The notes below the pieces were generated by a model. It worked only from the letters and a program-made list of their open reading frames with translations. It searched no databases and was not told the DNA's origin. A program made the position numbers and the translations under genes. Below are positions 38,263 through 52,300 of a DNA stretch of 64,000 nucleotides, piece after piece. The stretch is from Paraspadella gotoi (Eukaryota; Animalia; Chaetognatha). The stretch lies in NCBI GenBank assembly GCA_051294375.1, contig CM119268.1, positions 13,089,770-13,153,769 on the forward strand, read 5' to 3'. The stretch's first letter is position 1; each line of letters starts with the position of its first letter.

Positions 38263-40136
38263 CTCTCTCGTCTCTCTCTCTCTCTCTCTCTCTCTATTTG
38301 TCTCTCCAAGTCGATCAAAATCTTTTAACTTTTCCTCCAAAAAAGAAATGGCACAACTGTTATCCGCTGATACCAGAATCTTCGTCGTACTAAACCTTTA
38401 AAACCCAACCCCACTCCACGTTACCCGCGGATTTTTTTTTTTGGCAGCAACGCGAGAGGTCGCTTTTCTACAGCAGCCATCCCGTTAGAATTTCCGCAGC
38501 ACTGGCTGCAGTTACTTCTGCACCGAATGCAGCAGATTCTGTGGCACGGCCGACCCGGATCTCGCTGTCAATGGAGAACGAGTAGGGGGAAAAGGGCGGG
38601 GAAGTTAAACGTCGTTTTCTCGAGTCTGGGAAGGTGAGAAAGAAAAGGGGAGGAGGAGGAGAGGGGGTGAGGAGAAAACGCGTGGGCGGGAGAAGGCAAG
38701 AATGTGAAGAGAGAGAGAGATGAGAAAGGTGTTATGAGGGGAAAGGGGGGAGCGGGGGAGTAAATATATCCTCCTTTCAGAGCTCGTTGCTTCGCTCCAA
38801 ACTCTTTTACCTTCTCAAAAAATTCCCCCCCCCTTTTTTTTTCACTTCCTTGCTTCTCTGAGCTTCTTTTCTAGTCTAAACCTCCGAGGCTATCAAGCTT
38901 GGTTCTCTCGTCTTGATCATATTTTATAGGGGAGCAACCAAGCAAACTCTTTTTTTTTTTCTGATCGTATTTTTACGGCGAGTCTGCGAGGCTGCGAGGC
39001 TTGTTTCGCTCTTCACTTCGTTTGTTTCTTATTTTTTTTTTTTAGCCTAGGTTTCCATTATTTTTCTTCAGGAATTTTTTGTTTCCTTTATTTTTCCTTC
39101 AATTTCTTTCTTCTTAAGTTTTTTTTTCCTTTAGAGTTTCCATCCTTTTTTTTTCCTCTTTTTTTCTCTTCGACTGCATAAAAGTTTCATGATTGGCATT
39201 TTTCTGGCTTTTTTCCCTCTTTTCGTCTGGGAAGTTTTTTCTTCTTTTTTTTCGTTAAAATTATCATCATATGATAAAAAACCCTTTTTAAAATTTTGAA
39301 AAGTCTTCCTTAATTTTTCAAACTCTTTAAAAATTATTGAGACGTTGTCAGAGCCGGAGAAGCTCGTCAACGGTGGCATGGACAAACAATTTCAAGGGGC
39401 GTGCTTAACTCAGCGTCGAGTTGGGGAAGAGATGATTCAGATATCAACAAATCTCACCTTTAAGGAAACCACCTCTTAAGGATCGCTTCCGGTACAAGGC
39501 ATAGTGTGGAAGCGATTAAGGATTAAAGTTCTTAACTAATGCATTTCGAGAAACGACTTATTAATAAAGCTTGAATCTTTTGGTCATCGTCTTCGACTTT
39601 GGCTTGAGGCTCGACCCGCTGACAATTTTTGATCGGCAGGTCTTCTGGTTTGTTCTATTTAAAAACGTTCTCATCGCAAAAAACAATTGTTCTATAAGAT
39701 ATCAATGAAGTAAAGAAGTCTCCTAAGGTATTTAAACATAGTATTCTATAAAACGTTGAAGAATTTTCTCTAGTCTATTTTACCTTTTTGCCTCCGCTTC
39801 TTTTTTTTTACATCAAGAGCAGCGAAAAAACTGAAAAAAAGAATATTATGAAAAAGTGTTTATGGAAAAAAGTAGGGAAGCATCGGCGACCGAGGCCGAA
39901 GGGGAAAGATAAATAGGGGGAAGATCAGTGTCGAGCATGATTAACGGGGAGAGTGGGAGGTGGAAGGAAGATGGTGGAGTGGTCAGGGGTGGTCAGAGGG
40001 GATACCTTTGGGTAGGAGGCTGGGAAATGGGCCGGTAAGAAATAGGTTTATGAGAGAAAGAGACAAGAAACTGACAAAGACGATCGAGGAGAAAAGATAA
40101 GCGAGAAGAAAAGAAGCCAGGAAATATTGAAGAGAG

Positions 40137-40184
<48 letters not shown>

Positions 40185-40796
40185 GAGGAGGAGAGAGAGA
40201 GGAGAGAGAAAGAGAGAGAGAGATATTAAGGAAGAGGACCAGGAAACGGTTATGCTCTTCAATATGCATAAGGGGCGTGGGTCAAGATGAAAGGACGAAA
40301 AAAGAAGGAGATAAAAACTTGAAACAAAGAAGAGATGGGAAACAATGTGGCCGAAAACAAAAGAAGGAAAAAAAATGCAATATAGATTATAGAAGCGAAA
40401 TAGAAAATAATAAAAAAGTATTAATGCGCATCTCTATGAATATATGTATTAAATTCTACTCGGACGTCAAGGAAAAATCTATAAAACGTTAAAACATCCG
40501 GGGGATTTTAAAGAAGAAAAAGGCGAAAGAAAAAAAAGAAGGGAACGACGGGGAAAAGTTGTAAAAAGGAAAGAAAAAAAAAGGAGGAAAGGAGGAAGAG
40601 AGGACGAGGAGTCTTTTCGAGACGAGGAAAGAAAAAAGATGGCGACCGTGAAAAAGAAAAATGATAAAAAGTGCGACGAACGAGGACATTAAAATCTGAA
40701 GGAAACATGAGAAGAGAGAAAAAAAGACGCTCGGCCGATTCGGTGAGAAAAAACACGGGGAATCGGCACAGGAAAAGCGGCGACATGGATGGGAGG

Positions 40797-40930
40797 GGCC
40801 AAAGTGGCGCCAGCGATTGGCGTGGATAAAGCGGCGCCGACGTTTGGCGTTGATAAAGTGGTGCCCCCGGTTGGCGTGGATAAAGCGGAGAGCGACGGGT
40901 GGCGTGACTAAAGTGGTGCCATCGATTGGT
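40797..40930 (+). repeat. 27-bp minisatellite (TTGGCGTGGATAAAGCGGCGCC + variable bases)
   Basis: About 4.5 units with a conserved core and a variable tail. Confidence 0.8.
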
Positions 40931-41268
40931 ATCTAAGAATTTGACGAAGTTTATGTGCATACGCGGGTTAAGTTAAAAAATCTTATTACTCTGTAACACT
41001 AAATATAATTTGTCAAACTGAATGAAACTTAACGAAATTAGAGAATGGGCCGACCCTTGTTTAAACAAAAAAAGTTATGAAATATTACAAATTGTAATGT
41101 TTGAGATAATCTTAATTTAAATATTTGTGTCTTGTTCAGTTATCAGTAAGAACTATAATGATAAAAAAAGGAAGACCGATCGTGATTCTTTCGACGAGTT
41201 TGTCAGAGCCTTTCCAAAGAAATAGACGTCAGTCCGTCACATACACAAAGCAATCAAAGCAGGCAGAG

Positions 41269-41356
<88 letters not shown>

Positions 41357-41782
41357 AAGAGAATGCGATGGAATGCTTCAGTTCTCATCGAATGGAATCA
41401 ATGGAGCGAACATCTCCGTTTAAGAAAGCATTTGGGGTTGATGTGGAGACGAAGGGATGAAGACTTGAAGAGGGGGGAGAGAGGGGTGGTGGAGAATAGA
41501 TGGGGCGAAAGGGGGTTAGAGCGAATACTGAATGGGGTGGTTTGTTTAGCATATGGAGCAAGAAGACTGATTGATCGCCAGTACGATTGGTGATTGGCGA
41601 TTGGCGAAGAGGGCTATCAAAGATGAGACCTCGGAGATTCTGTGAAAGCGACAGCGAGAACGAGCCATCAGCTTAGGAGGCATCGACCCTTTTGAGTGGC
41701 GTGGACGAAGCTTCGTGTCGTGGTCTGGCGTGGGGGAGGCATAGCCTAAAGACTTTATAGAAGAAGAAAGAAGAGAGAGAGA

Positions 41783-41833
<51 letters not shown>

Positions 41834-41914
41834 ATGCACTCAGTCCCTTGGACGATGGCGTCGACGAGGAGAGAAAACTGAAGGGAATAAAATGTTTTGA
41901 TTTCAATGAGAAGG

Positions 41915-42030
41915 TTTTTATCGAGCCTTGACCGGCGAAGCCGGGTCAGGCTCTATAAGGTTTTTAGGGTTACTTCTTTGTAACGTCGTCGTGTCGTCGT
42001 CGTCGTCGTCGTCCGTCTACGCTGTTTTCT
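41915..42030 (+). mobile_element. 5' end of a second HINE-like element
   Basis: TTTTT, then hairpin GAGCCTTGACCGGC-GAA-GCCGGGTCAGGCTC, then TATA and a (GTC)n tract: the same layout as the 61373 element. Confidence 0.55.
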
Positions 42031-42579
42031 TATATAAAACTACTACGCTTTTATAGGTTTGCTGTGACTTACCGTTTTTTTTAAAATAAAAATTTATTAT
42101 GAATTATAATTAAAGTTTTACAAAAGTGTGCAATCATAGTATAGTAAAAAAAATTAGATATGGCTTCTCAACTTGAAATAGCTTTTGAATATTTTCTCAT
42201 TACATTTGGTATTTAAGTATTTTTTGTTTTGAATTTTCCGACTTCATTATGATTTCTGCAATATGCAAATGAGATTATAGTACTCATTATAATATCCAAA
42301 TTAGATATATAGAAATGCTTTTAAGCTAATTTACATATTGCAGTATATAATATTGAAGATGAAATTCAAAAAATTTATTTTAAATTCTAATAAAAATGGA
42401 ACTCAAAGGATTTTTTTAATGGAGAAGCTATATCTTAATTTTTAATACAACATTAAAATACAAATCTTTTACAAGCTGCGCGATTGGAAAAAATTGGAAA
42501 AATTTCCACATTGTAAACCATTGTAACATTTTTTTGCCTTTCTTTATTTATTTTTTAATTATATATAATATTATTTTTT

Positions 42580-43243
42580 CAAGGCAGCTGCCTTTTCTGA
42601 ATCGTTTAAAAACGAGTTCAGTCTCTCTCTGGTCTGCTCTTTGTGTGCGTCTGTCTCTCTCTGTACGATCTCTTGCGTGATCGTTCGTTTTTGAAAAATT
42701 CTGATTATTTTTTTCTTTCAAAAAACATAATATATTCTGATCGAGAGCGCTGCCTTTTCTGAATCGTTTAAAAAAAAACGCAGTTCAGGATCTCTCTCTC
42801 TCTTCCCTACCGTCTCCCTCCCGTCTCCCTCCTCTCTCTCTCTCTCTCTTTCTTTTTTTTTTACAAAAAAAATAATATTCACTTTTTTTTACCACCGTTT
42901 TTTTTAAAATTTCTTATTATTTCTTTCCTTCTAAAAACTTTTATTATCGCCATTTATTCCGCGCTTCTTTCTCAATTACAAAATCCCAAAATTTACATCT
43001 GAAGATTTTCGTGGATTTTTTTGGAGAAAATGTGAAAATAACTTAATTGACCTGGATTTCGTGTGCCGTTGCGGGCAACGAGTAAACATGTCGAGGAACA
43101 TGACCTAATAACGCGTTTTGATGCAACGGAAACGTTACGTGTATAAAAAAAATCAACTTGACCGAGATCACGCCGATATAAACAAGAGTGACCTAATATT
43201 GCGTATCGTTGGCGGGAAAACTTTCTCTCTCTCTCTCTCTTTA

Positions 43244-43281
<38 letters not shown>

Positions 43282-43401
43282 CTCTTCTATCTTTCTCTCT
43301 ATCTGTCTCTCTCTCTCTTTCTCTCTTTCTATCTCTTTTTTTTTACAAAAATAATTTTTAGTCACTGCGCGATGAGTAAACGATTAAAGCGAGTTCCGGC
43401 T

Positions 43402-43432
<31 letters not shown>

Positions 43433-44730
43433 TCTCTCTCTCTCGTCTCTCTCTCTCTTCTCTCTTCTCTCTCTCTCTCATCTCTCTTTCTCTTTTTTTG
43501 TTTTTTTTTAAAAACCAGGCGGAAAACGAGTAAACGAGTTCCGGCTCTGTTCAGCTTCTTCTTCTCTCTCTCTCTCTGTCTCTCTTCTGTCTCTCTCTCT
43601 ATGTACGATCGTTCGTTTTTTGAAAATTCTTATTATTTTTTCCTTTCTAAAAAACTTTTATTATCGCCATTTATTTTTTTTTCTCTATACAAAATCCCAA
43701 ATTTACATCCGAGATTTTCGTGGATTCATTTTAGAAAAAAAGGAAAAAAAACTAATAATGCAGGCATTGTCACATGTACATCAGCTTTCTGCTATACATA
43801 TACCTGCTATATGTCGGCAATTGCGCGGATTAATTTAATTGCATATATAATTTTTCTAAACTAAAAATTTTTTCCTTCTAAAACTTTTATTATAACATAT
43901 ACATATACATATACCTGCTATATGTCCGGCAATTGCGCGGATTAATTTAATTGCATATATATATTTCTAACTAAAAATTTTTCCTTCTAAAAACCTTTTA
44001 TTATCGCCATTTATTTTTTTTTTCTCTATACATAAATCCCAAATTTACATCCGAGATTTTTCGTGGATTCATTTTAGAAAAAAGAAAAAAAACTTATAAT
44101 GCAGGCAATGTCACATGTACATCAGCTTTCTGCTATACATATACCTGCTATATGTCCGGCAATTGCGGCGGATTAATTTAATTGCATATATAATTTTCTA
44201 AACTAAAATTTTTTTTTGTTTTTGTTTATTACTGTAACTTTGGACCGGTCGGCCCACTATTGGCAATTATATCTAAATAAGGAGTTGAGAAGAGGATTAA
44301 GTCAAATTAAACATTACTTTTTTTGTTATTCTAATAATTTTTACCAATTTAAATTTGTAAATTTTTTTTTAGTGTATATATTTAATCATTTTTTATCCTT
44401 TTTTAAAATAATAATTATTTGAGTTGGGATAAATATTATAAATTAGTTAAATATGCAAATATGAAATTTGACCTCGTCTGGTTTCTTCTTTAAAAAAAAG
44501 AACAATCTAAAATTTCATTCAAGATTAAAACTTTTTTAAGATGAGGACATAAATATTTTTGTTTGATAAGTAAAAAAAAATATTAGAAAGGAAAAGAGTT
44601 CGTCCTACTCAGATACGTCGAAAAAACGAGTTCAGCTCTGGAGGCGGTCCAGCTTCTCTCTATCTTTCTCTCTCTTTTTTTTTTTCCTATTTATTCGCCA
44701 TTTATGCCGCTGCTTTTCTCAAATACAAAA
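42580..44730 (+). repeat. Complex tandem/interspersed repeat family (about 230-bp units plus AAACGAGTTCCGGCTCT motif)
   Basis: Near-identical units at about 43640-43870 and 43980-44210, partial units at 42920-43040, 43870-43975 and 44620-44730. A reverse-complement copy lies at about 63160-63700. Confidence 0.75.
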
Positions 44731-44759
44731 CGTGCTGGCCGGGCAAATTGAGATTTTAC

Positions 44760-45210
44760 CACAGTATGACTTAATCGCAGGAACAGAACTGAATGATTGG
44801 TTCCTAAGACGTTGTTGTCGCAGTGGAAGGCAGAATCATGTTGATTGAGACTTTAGATCGAAAAATGTTTATGTTGAAGTTCGTAAATGTGAGATAAACT
44901 TTTTCCTCAGAGTGAATGTATTATTTATCATTGTTAGGAAGAATGGATTAGAAGGAACAATTGTTGTTATTTAATTGTTGACTGAAGAATACATTTATGT
45001 TCAGATCGCAAGATCAGAAGCGAATAAATCAGTGGAAACATCATTAAAGTGAAAACAATCAAATTGTCTTCGAAGTTGGAAAGTTTGATCAGTGCGGGAA
45101 AGCGACGCGTCTGTTGATTGAGCTCTGAATTCGATGAAAAACAAAAGGCTCTCGAAGTTTGTGATTAAAGCGTATAAAGTAGCATGATTTCTGTGAGCTT
45201 CGGAGTTTAG
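44760..45210 (-). mobile_element. Possible decayed LINE (CR1/L2-type) 3' fragment
   Basis: Composition differs from the flanks; frameshifted minus-strand pieces loosely resemble the RT C-terminal tail (LPTL...FFS...WN.LP). It abuts the SINE-like segment. Weak. Confidence 0.25.
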
Positions 45211-45214
45211 GGGT

Positions 45215-45370
45215 GGTTGCTTGGATAGCTGTAGGATGCGCGAGAGCCAGAGGTCAGGAGCCGAGCACTGGCTGGTGCCCTGGAGTTCGATCCCGGAGGC
45301 GGATGAAGTGTATTTTATAAGTATTGGTTAATTCGCCTGAGATGACCGCAGTGCCCCCTGTCTGATGTAT
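45215..45370 (+). mobile_element. Possible tRNA-derived SINE head
   Basis: B-box-like GGAGTTCGATCCC (45282-45294) downstream of an A-box-like TAGCTGTAGG. No complete cloverleaf. Confidence 0.35.
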
Positions 45371-48300
45371 ATAGTAAAGATATATATAGAATTAACGATT
45401 ACCTGTGCAGGCTATGTCGTCTACTCCGAGTATGATTGTTAGAGAATGATGAATAAATACTTCAAGATACTAAATAAAATATATATACGGGTATATATAA
45501 ACAAAGATATGCTCAGTGACGCGATCTTCAAGCAAAAATTCGAAGAAATTCAAACAAGACGTAAAAATACAAAGTATTCAAAATTCAGATCTTTAGAATA
45601 ACAAAAATACATAGTAAAAAATACTTTGTAAAATACATACAAAACGATAAATATAAGGTAATTAGGGGTACTCGACAGTCCGGANNNNNNNNNNNNNNNN
45701 NNNNNNNNNGTTTTAGTCCTTTTCAACTTCTGTAAAATTTACATAGGCCTATTAAGCCATTCTGATGTTACGCGTTCTGATGTAGAGCCGTCCTTGATTA
45801 CGTCATGCAACGAATGCTTAGACTGAATTGTAAATTCGCTACTTTGAATTCGGCGCGAAAGGAAAAAAAAGGACGCGGTGACCTTGAAAAAAGGAATTTT
45901 GCCGCCAAGGNNNNNNNNNNNNNNNNNNNNNNNNNNNNNNNNNNNNNNNNNNNNNNNNNNNNNNNNNNNNNNNNNNNNNNNNNNNNNNNNNNNNNNNNNN
46001 NNNNNNNNNNNNNNNNNNNNNNNNNNNNNNNNNNNNNNNNNNNNNNNNNNNNNNNNNNNNNNNNNNNNNNNNNNNNNNNNNNNNNNNNNNNNNNNNNNNN
46101 NNNNNNNNNNNNNNNNNTGAACTAGTTGACCCGAAGAAGAAAAAGGATCAAATCTACCCAACTACGAAAAGCGCGAAGTTTTTTCGGTTGGATAGAAGAC
46201 TTCGATTTGAAATTGGTCGTTGGGGACAGACTCATTCATCGATTTTATTTTCGTATGTGACTCGATATTGACAGTGAAACGACGAAGGTTTAGTTTTCAA
46301 AGCAAAATTCGCAAACTGCCAACTGCATGGTATTTGAATTCCATTGAAAAAACTTTCACAATATTGCGCAGAAAAGCAAAAAGTTAATAGATTTTTCAGT
46401 TTCGTTGAACCGAGAGTCAACCAATCGGTCAATAGTCAATTTTCGTCAGCCTCTGGGAACAGTGGAGTTGAAGTTGTGGCCTGCTGTGGCTAAAGTAATA
46501 TTGAATTCGTATATTTGTCTCAAAAACATGTTTAAATATACATCATATAAGTATCGTAGCGATAAATTAACTTAGAAATCGGAGTGTTTATTTACATAAA
46601 ACACAAGCATTGCATTTACCATTGTACCAATCCGTTCGACTAAATTTTATGAAAATCAAATTATAATGATAATTGTTATTGAGTATTACAGTCAAACTGA
46701 ACAGAGCTCTGAGGCTAACCCAACCAGAGAGCGGATCTGACGGAAAACCATCTCTTTTGCAGCTGCTGCTTATGGCGAGAAGAAAGCAGAAAGAGAGAAC
46801 CCGTGATGAATGGACCGCGCCCTTTTATTTTCGCTATTTTGAGGATGAATGGGAAGAAAGAAAAGAGAGAAACAGAGTTCATGCGCGAATATGTTTTTTT
46901 TTTCTTTAATGCTATAAAAAGAAAGGAATATCCCGATATCATTTGTTATCGAAAAAAAGGTCGAAAATGGTATTTTGTATAGTAATAGAAAAAACGTATA
47001 CTTCATTTTTATTCAAAATTAAAAAAAAAAACGACTACGAGTTTTTGGAAATTTACGAGATAGTGAATGTAATAAAATCATAATACGGGAAATTGCAAAT
47101 ACGAAAAAAGACACAAAGATAGAAAGACATTTCATTTGATCTTCTCCAAAAAAGTTTGTTGGGCACCCATCCACCGTCCCTCCGATGCCGACCTAAGACA
47201 AGATGGTTTGAATTGAAGAAAACAACAAATATATATGATTAATTCTTTTTTTTCACTTAATTTTCAATGAAATTGTACAACCAATATAAAAATTATCCAA
47301 TTCATCAAATAAATCAGCCTATTCCTTGTTCCCATACATTATGGACAGGCTTTGGTGTGTTTAAGGTACTCCATCCACTCTTTAACACGAGATAAATGAC
47401 ATAGCAGGTCCCGCAAAGTTTCAATCAAGTACTCTCAAGTCTAGTTTATTCACAGTTACCTGCTTCGGGCCTATCAAATTGAAGTTGGTATAATATCAAG
47501 ATTTGTTCACATTGGTATGTAGGAAGGACCACTCCTAAAGTATTAGATCGGGGGAATACTTAATTGTACTCCGCACTAGCATCAAATTACAAGGAAGCGT
47601 GAATTTTATGAAATTGCGTACAACCAATATAATTTTAGGTTCGTCGCCCGTCGCCCATTTATTAATAGTTAGAGACTATTAATTTTAACAATATTGTTTG
47701 CGCCAATGGCCGCCTATCAACGCCCATTGTCAGGATCTCATCTTTCCCAAATTCTATTTCGCCAATCCCGATCCCCATTTTCCATTTTCAGGCATATCAA
47801 GATGTCGTTGTACGACGAACTTTTCGAGTCTTCGTCCTATGCCGGCGAACCCATCCCTTCATCATCCTCACCCCCACAATGCTGGACGAACCACACAATC
47901 GCGCCTTCTCCTTTTCTCAGTAGACCGAAAGGACTTGCGTCGTAGTAATTACGAAGGCGAGAGTTACGTCGACCTAGGCGTCGTCTTCTTGATCGAAAAT
48001 TGCTGGTCGTAATCGAAGAGGGACGCTCAAAGGCATCTATTTTATTCGGCTGGTGGGGGCGTTTGAGATATTGTGGTGTTTATACTTTGTAATGTTTGAC
48101 GAAGAATTAAGAGCAGGACCTGAAACTACAATTGCCGAAGCTAATACCTCACTTGCAAATTTAAGTCTCAATTACAAATTCTAAGCGGATACAAAAAAAG
48201 TGTTTTTTGAGACATATTACTAGAGATAATATAATATATCGGCCGGTTATCATGCCGGTTTTTTTTTGCTACAAAGCAAACCAAAAAAACACACAAAAGC

Positions 48301-49353
48301 CAAGGGACAAACTCCCATCAGAAGACGATACCCCGGACTCACCATCATACCGCCCAAACACTACATCACACGGTGAAAGTTGGATCGTGCTACGCCGCCG
48401 GGACGGCGACGTCTCACAGCACCGGCTGTTCGTCGGATCTCAGCACCTGATTGGCGAGAGATTCCGTTTTGAGTATTATTACGCACATTTTGTTGTGTTC
48501 GATGTAGTTGATCGGTCATCCTGAAGTTCGGGTCCCCTTTTTGCCACGCCGACACTTTCGCGCACTCACACTCGTCGCTCGCGGCGACCGCCGCTTGGTC
48601 CAGATAGCGTGCGACAGAATTCTCGGTCTCAACCGCCGCGACTTCTCGTCGCTAAAGCACGCCGGACGCCGCCGCCAGCCGACGCCTGACGGCCGCCTGT
48701 CACCATATCGCCGCCTCCGGGGCGTGTCGTCGAGGTCCGCGCCCTTCTCCGGCATTTTCCGGTCGAGCTCCTCGTGCCGGAGATGGTAGTTCGCGGACTT
48801 TTGGAAAGGTCGGGAACGGCGGAGGTGGAGGAGTGCGATTGTTGTTTTCAACGCAGTTGTCGTTTTGCCTACTACAGGATGGATTGATCTGCAAGGGATG
48901 AATGCAGTACAGGGCCAGTGAATTAATGAGCGTAAAATAATATGTAAACGAGCAATCACAACGGAAATCTTTTGACACAACGAGCAACGGATCCTTGAAA
49001 AACTAGACTAAAATTAAACCATGGGAGACGACGACGACTGACTAAAAAGATAAAAAAAAAAAAACTTCGCCCGTCCTAAAATCGAAAGACGACACAACGT
49101 TAACAATAACAACGACGTCGTAACAATTAAAAACAAACAATCAAACAACAAAAAAACCTAATTGCCAGGAACGACAACTACAATAACCAAACCAAACCAA
49201 ACCAAACAAAAAAAAAAAAAAAAACAACTGCAGACACAAGACATTCGAAAAAACTATAAAAAAGAAAACAAAAATGACAATAACTGAGGAAAGGAGAAAC
49301 TTTGTGACGCAAACGAAACGAAGTTTTTCAAAAACCGAAGAATAAACAAACAC

Positions 49354-52300
49354 CGAGTGAGCCAACTTGAGCACACAGGAACAACCAAAGCGACGAATAG
49401 GCGCGAAAGAATTTTCCGACGTGAAACGAATAGAGATCGAATGATCATGGATGACTGCCTGAATGACGTGAAGGGTCGGCGCGCGGTCCTTCNNNNNNNN
49501 NNNNNNNNNNNNNNNNNGAACCAAAGCGACGAAGGCGAGAAAGAATTCCGACGTGACGAAAGAGACGATGATCATGATGACGCCGAAGACGTAAGGGTCG
49601 GCGCCGTCCTCCAAATCCGGCGCCGGTATCCAGGCGTTGGGGAACGAGTCGCAGAGGGAGAAGAGGAGGGGCGAGCCTGGCGGGAGGAGAATTGGAGATG
49701 GTCAAGAGAGGGTAAATCCTAAACAAATCATTTATATACTATATTGAATCATGAGTAATTATTATTATCTTGAATTTACTTATCCGGCCGGAAATAAAAA
49801 TGTAACCGATGATTCATATCCAACGACAACGACAGCAACGACCACAACAACGACAAAAAAATCGGGGCGCATCGTCCCAGAGTATTGTCATCCTTCAGAA
49901 TCGCTTCCCCGGGGGCGGTGCTTGGGGCGGCCGCGGGGTGGCTCCGGCGGGCCCGAGGGGCCAGGCAAATCCTTACCGCCTAGGGGCGGCCACCGCTGTA
50001 GCCTCTTTTTTGGAGCCCCAAGGGGCTACTCCAGGGGGAATCCCCTTGGGGCTAGAAAAACTTCTCCCCTGGGGCTACCCCCAGGGGGATGGATTTTCCT
50101 GCCCCCTGGAATGGCTCTCTCTCCCTCCTATCTCTCTCTCCCTCTACTCTCTCTTTCTCTCCCTCTGTCTCTCTCTTTCTTTATCTATTTTCTATTTTCA
50201 TCTTTCATTACAATAAATATATAAAATAAAAATAATATTTTTCACTTTAAATTAATCAATCAATGAACCAATAGCTGCACCAATACCAACTTGCATAATT
50301 TGGTCACCTTGATAATTTAGTCAAATAACATAATTTTGGTCAACTGACATAAATAGTAAACTGATATAATTTAATAACTTTTAAATTTGGTAAACTTTTA
50401 TAATTTGGTAAACTTTCATAATTTGTAATTTTTTTTAAAATTTAGTTAACTTGCTTAATTTGGTTAACCATCATAATTTGCTTAAACTTTTATAATTTGG
50501 TAAACTTTAATAATTTGGTAAAACTTTCATAATTTGGTAAACTTTTATATTTTGTAAACTTTCATAATTTAATCAATTTGCCATAATTAAATCAACTCGC
50601 ATATATTGGTCAACTTGCATAATATGGTCAATTGCATAGATTGTCAACTGGCATAAATTGGTCGACTGGTATAAATTGGTTAATTTGCTTAATTTAGTCA
50701 ACAGTCATAATTTGGTCAACTTGCATAATTTGGTCAACTTAGATAATTTGGACAACTTGGATAATTTGGTCAAATTAATTAATTTGGTCAACAATCAAAC
50801 TTAACAAATAGCCTAATTAATAATTTTTATCCAATAAAAATAAAAAAAAGAAGAGAGAAAAAGAGTGCAAAAAATTTTATATAATGTTCAAGTAAAAGTA
50901 ACTTTTGTTTTTATTAAAACTCACTTTCACTTGCACACTTTCTACCACACACAAAATTTTATCTTAATTCATCTATAAAATTTTAAATAATAGAATAAAG
51001 AGTAGGATGGTTTTAATTTTTTAATAAACTTATAAAAATAATTAATTTAAAAATATATTATTTGATTAATTAATTAATATCAGTTTTTAAGTCTGTCCCA
51101 TATTAGCATTAAACTCTCTGATTAATAAGATGGATTGGATAAAAATTTTGTGTGTGGGTAGAAAAGTATGTGATTGAGCTAGATATAAAGTTTGCTCACT
51201 CTCTCTCTCAAATCGTCAGCCTCTACTTACAACGTGAGTTCATCTTAGCAATCTACAAACTGACGATTATTAATTACAAATCTTAAATAAAAAAAAATTA
51301 TTTTACGATGTAGAACTCGTTTAATGTTGATGAATAGTTTTTATTGTTTTTTTGGGGGACTCCATAATTCACTAAGGAGGTCTGTTAGTCACTGCCATTA
51401 TTTGTTTGGTGATTTATTTAATTTCTTTTTAAACATCAAATTATGAATATTTTTTTTTTAAATTATGCCTTTCTCTATCAGTCTATCAGTATACATCCAA
51501 CAAAAAAGAAAGAAAAAAAATTAAAAAAAGAAAGAAAAAAAGACAAAAAAAAAAGACAAATGACTGATTAAATTTTTGTGGCTACGTCCTACATTGTTTG
51601 TTAAAACTTGTTTCTATATCTTTTAACTGAAATAAAATAATTGGGTTAAAAAATACAAATATTATAATTTTTAGATAAAATATGGAATAAATGAGTTAAA
51701 ATATTTTAAAAAAAATATATATTTAATTCAGTTATATAAAACAAGTCTTGAAAGAGAGAGAGAAAAAAAAGAGAGAGAAAAAAAAAGAAGAGAGAATGAG
51801 AAAAAGAGAGAAAGAGAAAAAGAGAGAGAGAAAAAAAAAAGAGGAGAGAGAAAGAGAGAGTAACAGACAGGGGAAATATTTTCAGATATAATAACATAGA
51901 AAGTATATTTTCTCATTAAACTTTGCTCTCTCTTTAACTCTCCCCTGGGGAGCAGTTTTTTGCTCCCCAAGGGGTTACCCCAGGGCAGACTTTTTTTGGC
52001 CCAGGGGGCTAACATTAAGGGGCGCCCCTAATAGACCCAAAATGTTGCCCCAGGGGGAACCCCCCTGGGGCGGCCCCCTGAGGCAATCCAGAGGGGGCGC
52101 CCCCTCAATGACCATTTTGCTGTTCCCCCTGGAATAGTCTGCCCCCTGGGCCGCCCTAGTGCCGCCCGCGGGGCGGAGGATTTGGAGATGACATATCTCT
52201 GCGGACAGGGTCACCGGTCACGACCGCAAAGACCCGCGATTGGGAGTGGGGGGGGGGGCGAATTGTCCTCGGTGTCAGAACGCAGCGACCCACGACTTTT

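Noticed and set aside
49383-49611. Duplicated TM exon segment
   Set aside because: Error-rich copy across a 25-N gap.
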